A stretch of DNA of 64,000 bases. Origin: an uncultured SAR86 cluster bacterium. Its GTDB lineage: Bacteria > Pseudomonadota > Gammaproteobacteria > Magnimaribacterales > AG-339-G14. The stretch lies in NCBI GenBank assembly GCA_902614235.1, contig CACMKG010000001.1, positions 340,916 through 404,915 of the forward strand, given 5' to 3'. The translations under genes and the position numbers were made by a program. Shown piece after piece: positions 8,976-16,816 of the stretch. The stretch's first letter is position 1. Each line of letters opens with the position of its first letter. Under the pieces are notes generated by a model. The model ran no database searches and had not been told where the DNA came from. It was given only the letters and a program-made list of their open reading frames with translations.

Positions 8976-9866
8976 CTAAATATTAAATTGATTGTTTGAG
9001 ATAAGAACATCCTTGTCTTTCCAAATGCTATTTAACCATAATTTAAAGTCACTTCTAAGTTCTTCGGAGTTAATCAAATTTTCAGTCAAATATTTCGAAG
9101 GAATCTCAATTTTGGATATGAAAACTTTTATATTTTTAATATTTCCGCATAGATAATTCCAAAACCCCATATTATCACCGTCGTAAATTATAGTTATGTC
9201 TATTAGTTCTTTGATTTTATTTACGTTACTTAAGGCAATCGCCAAACCACCTTCCTTTGGTTTTAATAAATTTGCATATTCACTTTTCTGGAGAGAGTGT
9301 TTTTTCTTTGTAAATCTTGTTCCTTCGGCATAACTGAATATAGACACTGGATGCAGTGAATAATGCTCTAAAGATTTTTTCATTTTTTTGTAATCTCGAC
9401 CTTTCAACTTAGGATTTTTTTTGATTTGTTTTTGTGTATATCTTTTTAAAAAAGGCATATCCAAAGCCCACCAACAAATTCCTATTACAGGAACGTATAT
9501 TAGTTCGTATTTTATAAAAAACTTTAACATCGGAATTTTTTTATTCGTTATGTATTGAACTATAAATATGTCAGCAGCACTCTGATGATTCGACGTAGAC
9601 AAAAACCAAGAATCTCCATTTAAATTTTCTTTCCCTATGATTTCTATATGTGGTTTATGTAAATGAATCACCCATAAGGAATTAACACTTATCCAAAGTT
9701 CTCCAATTTTGATAATAATTTTCGTGAACGAAGCTCTCAAAGTTTTTAGGGGGAGTAAAAATTTAATCACTCCAAGGGGAATCATTAAAACTGCAAGAAT
9801 TAAAGTGTTAGTAACTAAAATGAGAGAAGATAAAATTCCAATAAAAATATTTTTTAACTTAATCAT
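8976..9866 (-). CDS. Lysophospholipid acyltransferase family protein (YihG-like)
   Basis: N-terminal TM helix, HX4D motif NHQSAADI and YAEGTRFT motif of the PlsC/LPLAT family. Confidence 0.75.
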   Translation of the reverse strand: MIKLKNIFIGILSSLILVTNTLILAVLMIPLGVIKFLLPLKTLRASFTKIIIKIGELWISVNSLWVIHLHKPHIEIIGKENLNGDSWFLSTSNHQSAADIFIVQYITNKKIPMLKFFIKYELIYVPVIGICWWALDMPFLKRYTQKQIKKNPKLKGRDYKKMKKSLEHYSLHPVSIFSYAEGTRFTKKKHSLQKSEYANLLKPKEGGLAIALSNVNKIKELIDITIIYDGDNMGFWNYLCGNIKNIKVFISKIEIPSKYLTENLINSEELRSDFKLWLNSIWKDKDVLISNNQFNI

Positions 9867-9895
9867 TACTTTTCCAAGAGTAATGGTTTTTCAGA

Positions 9896-11026
9896 TCAAT
9901 AACCAGTTAACTCAGCGTATCTATTTCTGTGATATTCAGAATTCCCAAAGGTTTGTTCAGCAACTCTTGCTCTTTTCATGTAGAGACCAATATCGTATTC
10001 ATCAGTCACTCCAACTCCACCATGCATTTGAACTCCCTCGTTAGAGACGTTAAAGAAAGTTTCACCTATCTTTGATTTCGCCAGACTGGCAATTCTTTGC
10101 AAATCATTAGAACCTTCATCAAAAGCAGTAAGCGCTTCAATCACACACGATTTGCATAATTCCAATTCAGTGAACATCAAAGCAGCTCTGTGTTGCAGTG
10201 CCTGAAAACTTCCAATTTTCTCACCGAATTGCTCTCTTTCTTTAAGATAATTTAAAGTGATATCAAAAGCTTCTAGAGCTCCCCCTAACATTTCTGCTGA
10301 AAGAGCCGCCCTAGAAATATCTAAAGTTTCTTCAATAATTTCTTTAGCACTATTTTGAGTACCCAGCAGATTTTTTTCAGAGATGCTAACGTTTTTGAAT
10401 TCTATGTTGGCAGCATTTTTATGATCGACCATTGTGGTTGGAATTATATTCACGCCTTCAACATCTCTAGCAATAACAAACAAAGAAAGTTGATCCTCTT
10501 TTTCGGATGTTTTAGCAGCAACGATAATATAATCTGCAAACCCACCATCTATCACAAAATTTTTCTTACCATTTAGAATAAAATTTTTACCATCTTTCTT
10601 AGCTTCTAAATTTATTGAAAAAGGTTTATGCCTGGGTCCTTCCTCTAAAGCAAAGGCCATAGTAACTTCTCCAGAAGCAATTTTACTTAGGAATTCTTTT
10701 TTTTGTGAGTCGTTCCCAGCTTTGTTTAAGATTGTTGCGCAAACTACAGAAGTTGCAAAAAGAGGGGAGGGCGTTAAAGTTCTTCCTAGTTCTTCCAGCA
10801 CAACCCCTATACCAGCTAAGCCAAAATTAGAACCACCGTATTCTTCAGGAACGAGAATCCCCGACCATCCTTGAGCAGCCATTTCTTGCCAGATTGCTCT
10901 ATCAAAACACTCAGGATTTTCGTTGTCCCGAATTTCTCTAAAATGAGTAGTAGGAGTTTTTTCCTGAGCAAATTTTTTTGCTGTATCCTTTAAAAAAGAT
11001 TGTTCTTCACTCAAAGTAAGCGTCAT
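9896..11026 (-). CDS. Acyl-CoA dehydrogenase family protein (downstream member of pair; Phe at canonical catalytic-Glu position)
   Basis: 376 aa with an ACAD fold (WSGILVPEEYGGSNFG ... MHGGVGVTDEYDIGLYMKRARV). The C-terminal block reads QTFGNSEYHR where MCAD-type enzymes have IYEGTSEIQR. Confidence 0.85.
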   Translation of the reverse strand: MTLTLSEEQSFLKDTAKKFAQEKTPTTHFREIRDNENPECFDRAIWQEMAAQGWSGILVPEEYGGSNFGLAGIGVVLEELGRTLTPSPLFATSVVCATILNKAGNDSQKKEFLSKIASGEVTMAFALEEGPRHKPFSINLEAKKDGKNFILNGKKNFVIDGGFADYIIVAAKTSEKEDQLSLFVIARDVEGVNIIPTTMVDHKNAANIEFKNVSISEKNLLGTQNSAKEIIEETLDISRAALSAEMLGGALEAFDITLNYLKEREQFGEKIGSFQALQHRAALMFTELELCKSCVIEALTAFDEGSNDLQRIASLAKSKIGETFFNVSNEGVQMHGGVGVTDEYDIGLYMKRARVAEQTFGNSEYHRNRYAELTGY

Positions 11027-11049
11027 ATTTCTCTCCTAAGACTTTCGAG

Positions 11050-12264
11050 TTACTGAGGCAAATCTAAAACTCTTTTAGAGATAACATTCAGTTGAACTTC
11101 TGAAGTGCCGCCTTCAATGGAATTTGCTTTTGTTCTAAGCCACTCTCTAGTAACAGCTAATTCTTCGGGACCGAATTCACCACCTTCCCAGCCTAAAGCT
11201 TGAGTTCCCATCGCTTCGAGCATAATTTCATATCTTCTTTTATTATGCTCTGAACCAAAGAATTTAAATATAGACGTTGCAGCGCTGGGACCATGATTCG
11301 AATTTTTTGCTTCTTCCGAGGCTCTTCTTAATGTAAGACCAAAAGCATGTGCATCCATATCGCTCTTGGCTATTTTTTGTCTCAATCCTTCGTCTGAAAT
11401 TTTACCATCAGAAGATTCCACATATTTTTTAGATAAGTTTGCTAAGCCAGAACCCGATTTTCCTTTTCCTTTTCCGCCCGCAGCAGAGCCTCCTAAGCCC
11501 ATGCTGGCAAGCATTTTTCTTTCGTGTTGAAGCAAGTTTTTAGCAACATCCCAACCTTTATTAAGGTCGTGGACTAAATTAGCTTTAGGAACGACTGCAT
11601 CAGTGAAAAAGGTTTCACAGAATGGAGATTTACCAGAAATCAATTTAATAGGTTTAGTTTCAACTCCAGGTTGATCCATATCAATTAGCAAAAAACTGAT
11701 TCCATTATGTTTGGGTTCTTGAGGCCCAGTTCTTACTAGAGTAAAAATCATGTCGCATTCATCTGCGTATGAAGTCCAAACTTTTTGACCATTTACTATA
11801 AAGTTGTCGCCATCCTCAACAGCTTTTGTTTTTAAGCTAGCTAGATCGGAACCCGCACCTGGTTCAGAATATCCTTGGCACCACCTAATCTCTCCCTTTA
11901 TTATTTTAGGAATGTGTTCCATTTTTTGTTCATGAGAAGCATATTCAAGTAAAGCTGGACCAAGCATCCACAAACCGAAACTTGCTAAAGCTGGTCTCGC
12001 ACCAATCTTAAAAAGTTCTTCGGCAAGGATTTTATTCTCGTCGTAATTAAGACCGCCGCCTCCATATTCACTTGGCCAAGTAGGAGCTGTCCAACCTTTT
12101 TCACCCATTCTTTCAAGCCATAACTTCTGATCAGGGTGCGTAAATTTAAAATTTCTTCCACCCCAACATGCGCCATCAGCTGTCATCGGCTTTCTCATTT
12201 CTGGAGGACAGTTTGCTTCTAACCATTCTCTTGTTTCTTGTCTAAAAGTATCTAAATTCGACAT
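11050..12264 (-). CDS. Acyl-CoA dehydrogenase family protein (upstream member of pair)
   Basis: 404 aa with WTAPTWPSEYGGGGL, YSEPGAGSDLASL (cf. TEPxAGSD) and C-terminal IEGGTSEVQLNVISKRVL. A Gly/Lys-rich loop GGSAAGGKGKGKSGSG is inserted. Confidence 0.85.
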   Translation of the reverse strand: MSNLDTFRQETREWLEANCPPEMRKPMTADGACWGGRNFKFTHPDQKLWLERMGEKGWTAPTWPSEYGGGGLNYDENKILAEELFKIGARPALASFGLWMLGPALLEYASHEQKMEHIPKIIKGEIRWCQGYSEPGAGSDLASLKTKAVEDGDNFIVNGQKVWTSYADECDMIFTLVRTGPQEPKHNGISFLLIDMDQPGVETKPIKLISGKSPFCETFFTDAVVPKANLVHDLNKGWDVAKNLLQHERKMLASMGLGGSAAGGKGKGKSGSGLANLSKKYVESSDGKISDEGLRQKIAKSDMDAHAFGLTLRRASEEAKNSNHGPSAATSIFKFFGSEHNKRRYEIMLEAMGTQALGWEGGEFGPEELAVTREWLRTKANSIEGGTSEVQLNVISKRVLDLPQ

Positions 12265-12342
12265 ATAAACCTCGTTCCGAAAATAATAAATAGAATAATA
12301 GCTTAATCTGGGGTATTTTATAAATCAAGATTTTAAATAGAA

Positions 12343-13062
12343 ATGAGCTTAGAATTTTTCTTAAATAATCCTGAATGGCTTTGGGTCATTACTGTTTTTT
12401 ACGACTTATTAATAGTTGTGTCTTTGTTTTATTTTTTTGGAAAAAATGGATTGTATATTGCCGTTATATTAGGAATTGTTCTAGGAAATTTGCAAGGCGG
12501 AAAGGTAAGTGATTTAACAGTCTTTGGGTATACCTTCACTGTAAGTATGGGCGCAATAATGTACTCTGGCATATATTTTGCGACTGATTTAATTAACGAA
12601 AAATATGGAAGAGCTGCAGCTAATGAGGCAGTAATTTTAGGCGCTATAGCAAATGTAGTTGTAATGTTGACATTGGTCCTAAGCACTTATTACTTACCTT
12701 CAGAAATTGCAAAATCATCAGATGAAGTTCATGAGGCTATATCAACGCTTGCTTTATATTCACCAATTTTTGTTATTGGCTCATTGAGCGCATACCTGAT
12801 AAGTCAAACATTTGATGTTTGGTTATTCCACAAATTAAAAACAATTACTCAAGGGAAATATTTATGGATTAGAAATAATGTTTCAACTCTTTCATCACAA
12901 GCTTTAGATACTTTTATTTATACATTTGTTTGGGTGTTGGCAGGTGAATTATCGTTTATAGTAGCTTTCAGTATAGCCCTTACAAAATATATTTTTAAAA
13001 TATTTATAGCTTTAATAGACACAATTTTTATTTATCTAGTCAAAGACGTAAGAAATGATTAA
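12343..13062 (+). CDS. yhhQ: Queuosine-precursor transporter (YhhQ/DUF165, VUT family)
   Basis: 239 aa, polytopic. Blocks YSGIYFATDLINEKYGR and SQALDTFIY are typical of YhhQ-family proteins (recalled). Confidence 0.7.
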   Translation: MSLEFFLNNPEWLWVITVFYDLLIVVSLFYFFGKNGLYIAVILGIVLGNLQGGKVSDLTVFGYTFTVSMGAIMYSGIYFATDLINEKYGRAAANEAVILGAIANVVVMLTLVLSTYYLPSEIAKSSDEVHEAISTLALYSPIFVIGSLSAYLISQTFDVWLFHKLKTITQGKYLWIRNNVSTLSSQALDTFIYTFVWVLAGELSFIVAFSIALTKYIFKIFIALIDTIFIYLVKDVRND

Positions 13063-13084
13063 TAATAAGTATATTTAAGAGCAA

Positions 13085-13930
13085 ATGACTAAAATATCGA
13101 AAATTACAATTGTACATTCTGTTTCTAGAAAATTTGAAAATGCTTTAGAAATTTGCCAGAAAACTTGTCAAGATTGCTCTGTTGAAGTGCTAGATGTTCT
13201 TTCTGTAGCTGATAATAATCTAGCAAAAGAAATTGATATAAATTCACAATTAATATTAGTAATCGGCGGAGATGGAACTATTATTAGTACTATAAGGAAG
13301 CTTTTAACTCTAGAAATCCCTTTTCTTGGAATAAATATTGGAAAATTAGGATTTTTGACCGATATTAACTTGGAATCTATATCAGATGAACTTCCAAAAA
13401 TATTTAATGGTGAATATGTTGGAGAAAAAAGGCCTTTACTGGAAGTTTCTTTAAGCACAAATGACAAAAAGATTGCAGTTAATGAGGTTGTTTTTCACTC
13501 TGGGAAAGTAGCTCAAATGATGAGTTTTTCTATTTATTTGGGAAATAGACTGGTCTCAAATCATAAATCTGATGGAGTGATAGTAAGTTCTGCAACAGGC
13601 TCAACCGGATATTGTTTCTCTGGCGGAGGACCTATAATCCATCCTACTTTGCCTGTATTTGCCATAATGCCAATGTTTTCGCAAAGCGCTTCTTCTAATC
13701 CTATGATAGTGCCCTCCGATGAAGAATTAAGTATTAAGTTAGCTAGTGAAAATAATGCATCAATTGTTATAGATGGATACACTGACGATGAAATTGAGGA
13801 GAATCTTGAAATTATAATTTCTCAACAGGATCTTTTCTATGAGCTAATTCATCCTTTAAACTATGATTATTTCGAAGCATGTAGAACAAAATTATCTTGG
13901 GGAAATCCCTTAGTAAATATCCATGATTAA
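13085..13930 (+). CDS. nadK: NAD(+) kinase
   Basis: Motifs VIGGDGT, NEVV and SSATGSTGYCFSGGGP. Confidence 0.85.
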   Translation: MTKISKITIVHSVSRKFENALEICQKTCQDCSVEVLDVLSVADNNLAKEIDINSQLILVIGGDGTIISTIRKLLTLEIPFLGINIGKLGFLTDINLESISDELPKIFNGEYVGEKRPLLEVSLSTNDKKIAVNEVVFHSGKVAQMMSFSIYLGNRLVSNHKSDGVIVSSATGSTGYCFSGGGPIIHPTLPVFAIMPMFSQSASSNPMIVPSDEELSIKLASENNASIVIDGYTDDEIEENLEIIISQQDLFYELIHPLNYDYFEACRTKLSWGNPLVNIHD

Positions 13931-15761
13931 GAACTTTAAATTAGTATCATTAACTTTATTAGTGTCCTCAATTGGAGTTGCTCAAGTTCCTTCTCAATAT
14001 CAGGAACAATTAGACATGTTGCCTGAATCAGTAAGGAGTTCAGTTTTTGAAAGAATAAATGAAAATGACTTTTCTCAAGAGGAGAATCAAAGATCTATTC
14101 TCAACGAGAATGAAGAGAATGAAGAAGATAAAGATAAAGATGATTTGATAAAATTTGATCTTCTACAAAAAGACTATGACAGATATGGCTCGCTTATTCC
14201 TAAACCTTTTGGATATGACCTTTTTCAAAATTATAGAGGAAATAACTTTACATCAGTTCAGTCAGCTCCTGCAGATTACATATTAGGGCCAGGAGATGAA
14301 TTAAGAATTAATTTTTCAGGTTCTTTAAAAGCCTCTCGAAAAGTTAAAATTGATAGAGAAGGAAATATTTTTTTAAGAGAATTAGGCACGTTAAACTTTT
14401 CAGGCTTGAGTTATCAAAAAACACAAGAAGAACTTGATAGAATTGTTGAAGCATCTTTGATTGGAACAGAAGCCGCTATTTCTCTTATAAAAGTAAGACC
14501 CATACAAATTTTTGTTGTTGGTCAGTCTATGAGACCGGGAAGTTATAATTTAAATGCTTTATCTTCTATTTCTACTGCACTATTTGAATCTGGTGGTCCA
14601 AATGGTTCAGGGTCCTTAAGAAATATATCTTTAAAAAGATCAAATGAATTAATAGACACATTGGATTTATACGAATTATTTATCAAAGGAAATTCAACCG
14701 CGAATATAAAAATCCAATCTGGTGACGTTCTATTAATCAATCCGATTGAAAAACAAGTTGAGATTTTTGGGGAAGTAAATACTGAAGCAATATTTGAATT
14801 AAAAGAAGGTGAAAACTTTAGTGATTTGATTGGTTTTGCTTCCGGCTTTAAACCCTTAGCAGATAAAAATAAAATAGTATTGACTCGACAAGCTAGGGAT
14901 AATGATATTTTTGTGAAAGAAATGTCTTTTGCCGAATTAAAAGAATTTCCACTTCAATCAGGAGATTCAATTTTTATAGATCGCCTACCATCTATTTCAG
15001 TAGATGCAAATAAATCTAGGAGAGAGAGCGTATCTTTAGAAGGCGCATTTGTTAATCCAGGAATTTATTACCTTGAAGATAATGAAAAATTATCTGAATT
15101 AATAGAAAGAGCAGGCGGATATAAGAGCGAGGCATACATTGAAGGAGGAATTTTTCTAAGAGCTTCAGTAGCTAAAAGAGAGAAAGATGGGCTGATTAGA
15201 GCTGCAAATGATTTGGAAAAAGGTATAGCTAGAGCTATTCAAACTGGACAATTTTCTCAAGTAAGTTCTCCAGACTTGGCAATTAGATTAATTGGAAACA
15301 TTGTAGAACAGTTAAAAAAAGCTAGGCCGCTGGGAAGAGTTGTCGTTTCATTTGATTTAGAAAAAATAAAAAATGCAAATTTAGAAATAGATATTTTATT
15401 AAGAGATCAAGATAGAATAATAATGCCTAGGAAAAAATCTACAATTACAGTTTCCGGTGAAGTGCTTTCACCTAGCTCATATGTCTATTCAAAAAATTTA
15501 AGTTACTCTGACTATATAGAGTTAGCCGGAGGATTAAGAGAGGGGGCAGATCAAGATAATATTTTTTATCTTCTGCCAAATGGCCAAGCTGCAAAACCAT
15601 CTAGAAGCTGGTTTTCTGATTCTGAATTATCTCCTGGAACTACAATTGTTATTCCCCAGGACACTTCAGAATTATCAAATTTAGCTTTTTGGAAAGCGGT
15701 GCTTCCAATATTTTCTAACTTAGTTCAAACCCTAGCTGCTATAGATGCGCTAAGTGATTAG
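13923..15761 (+). CDS. Outer-membrane polysaccharide export (OPX; Wza/KpsD-like) protein
   Basis: Signal peptide and an acidic low-complexity stretch. Poly_export block GPGDELRINFSG...IDREGNIF, several SLBB-like repeats (SGDVLLI, SGDSIFI, DRIIMP) and an amphipathic C-terminal helix FWKAVLPIFSNLVQTLAAIDAL. The start overlaps the nadK stop (ATGATTAA). Confidence 0.7.
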   Translation: MIKNFKLVSLTLLVSSIGVAQVPSQYQEQLDMLPESVRSSVFERINENDFSQEENQRSILNENEENEEDKDKDDLIKFDLLQKDYDRYGSLIPKPFGYDLFQNYRGNNFTSVQSAPADYILGPGDELRINFSGSLKASRKVKIDREGNIFLRELGTLNFSGLSYQKTQEELDRIVEASLIGTEAAISLIKVRPIQIFVVGQSMRPGSYNLNALSSISTALFESGGPNGSGSLRNISLKRSNELIDTLDLYELFIKGNSTANIKIQSGDVLLINPIEKQVEIFGEVNTEAIFELKEGENFSDLIGFASGFKPLADKNKIVLTRQARDNDIFVKEMSFAELKEFPLQSGDSIFIDRLPSISVDANKSRRESVSLEGAFVNPGIYYLEDNEKLSELIERAGGYKSEAYIEGGIFLRASVAKREKDGLIRAANDLEKGIARAIQTGQFSQVSSPDLAIRLIGNIVEQLKKARPLGRVVVSFDLEKIKNANLEIDILLRDQDRIIMPRKKSTITVSGEVLSPSSYVYSKNLSYSDYIELAGGLREGADQDNIFYLLPNGQAAKPSRSWFSDSELSPGTTIVIPQDTSELSNLAFWKAVLPIFSNLVQTLAAIDALSD

Positions 15762-15771
15762 GAAAGATTAA

Positions 15772-16782
15772 TTGAGTTTTAATAACTTTGCTCTAAATAT
15801 ATCTAGAATACTTCCGCCAGAATTTAGTAATAAGTTTTCTTTGAGTGCTTTAAAGTTGATATACAATTTTAATCTAACAAAGATTCTTTTTTCCTTAAAT
15901 AAAAATCAAAGCTCACCATCAAATTATTTTGGGTTGGATTTCCCTAATAAAATTGGAGTCGCAGGCGGTTTAGATAAAAATGCAAATTATTTTCACGTTT
16001 TAGGAAATTTAGGGTTTGGATTTGTTGAAGTTGGGACAATAACTTTAAAGCCTCAGTCTGGAAATCCTAAACCAAGAATACATAGATTCAATAATGAAGG
16101 AACAATTATTAATTCATTAGGTTTTAATAATGTTGGTTCCGTTAAAGTTTTGGAAAATATAGAGAGAAATAAAAAAAACTTTTCTGGTATTTTAGGAGTT
16201 AGTATTGGAAAGGGAAAAGAAATAAGCAATGAAAGAGCTCACGAAGATTATTTGCATTTGTTAGATTATTTCAAAGATGTTGCTGACTACTTTGCAATTA
16301 ATATTTCTTCTCCTAATACTAATGATTTAAGAAAGCTTTCTGAAGATGAATACTTTCATAAATTGATTGATGAGATTATCAATAAACGAGAGCAAATTTC
16401 GAAAGGTTTTTCCAAACACAAACCAATTATAATAAAAGTATCACCTGATGAGTCATTAGATAATTTAGAAAAAATTATTTCTTATAGCCAATCTAATGGC
16501 ATCGATGGATTTATATTGACTAATACCTCTTTGGATCACGAATACAATTTGCCCGGAGGTATTAGCGGAAAACCCTTAAGACAAAAATCTGAAGAATCTC
16601 TTAAGTTTGTTAGATCAATCGTCGATGATAAAGCAGTGATTATTTCTTCTGGAGGTTTAATGACTAAAGAGGATGCTATTAGAAGATTTTCATTAAAGGC
16701 AGATTTAATCCAACTATATTCTGGATTCGTTTTTAAAGGGAACAGTCTTCTTCAAGATTGTCTGGATGTTTCTTCTACTTGA
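15772..16782 (+). CDS. pyrD: Dihydroorotate dehydrogenase (quinone), class 2
   Basis: Motifs GVAGGLDKNA, FGFVEVGTIT and NISSPNT, with a class-2 N-terminal extension. TTG start. Confidence 0.9.
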   Translation: MSFNNFALNISRILPPEFSNKFSLSALKLIYNFNLTKILFSLNKNQSSPSNYFGLDFPNKIGVAGGLDKNANYFHVLGNLGFGFVEVGTITLKPQSGNPKPRIHRFNNEGTIINSLGFNNVGSVKVLENIERNKKNFSGILGVSIGKGKEISNERAHEDYLHLLDYFKDVADYFAINISSPNTNDLRKLSEDEYFHKLIDEIINKREQISKGFSKHKPIIIKVSPDESLDNLEKIISYSQSNGIDGFILTNTSLDHEYNLPGGISGKPLRQKSEESLKFVRSIVDDKAVIISSGGLMTKEDAIRRFSLKADLIQLYSGFVFKGNSLLQDCLDVSST

Positions 16783-16816
16783 CAAATTCATCTAAATTAT
16801 CAGATATTAAAAAAGG

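Noticed and set aside
9709-10044. 111-aa forward ORF spanning the acyltransferase/ACAD junction
   Set aside because: It overlaps two well-supported reverse-strand genes, its translation has no recognisable features, and the 29-nt spacer it bridges is ordinary.
11440-11520. Locally G+C-rich patch with short repeats (ccttttccttttcc)
   Set aside because: It encodes a Gly/Lys-rich surface loop (GGSAAGGKGKGKSGSG) within the ACAD reading frame. This is low-complexity coding sequence, not a repeat element or RNA gene.
12265-12342. Possible preQ1 riboswitch upstream of the yhhQ-type transporter
   Set aside because: YhhQ genes are sometimes riboswitch-controlled. I could not find the short G/C stem followed by the conserved C-rich loop and A-rich tail of preQ1-I, or any other convincing hairpin, in these 78 nt.
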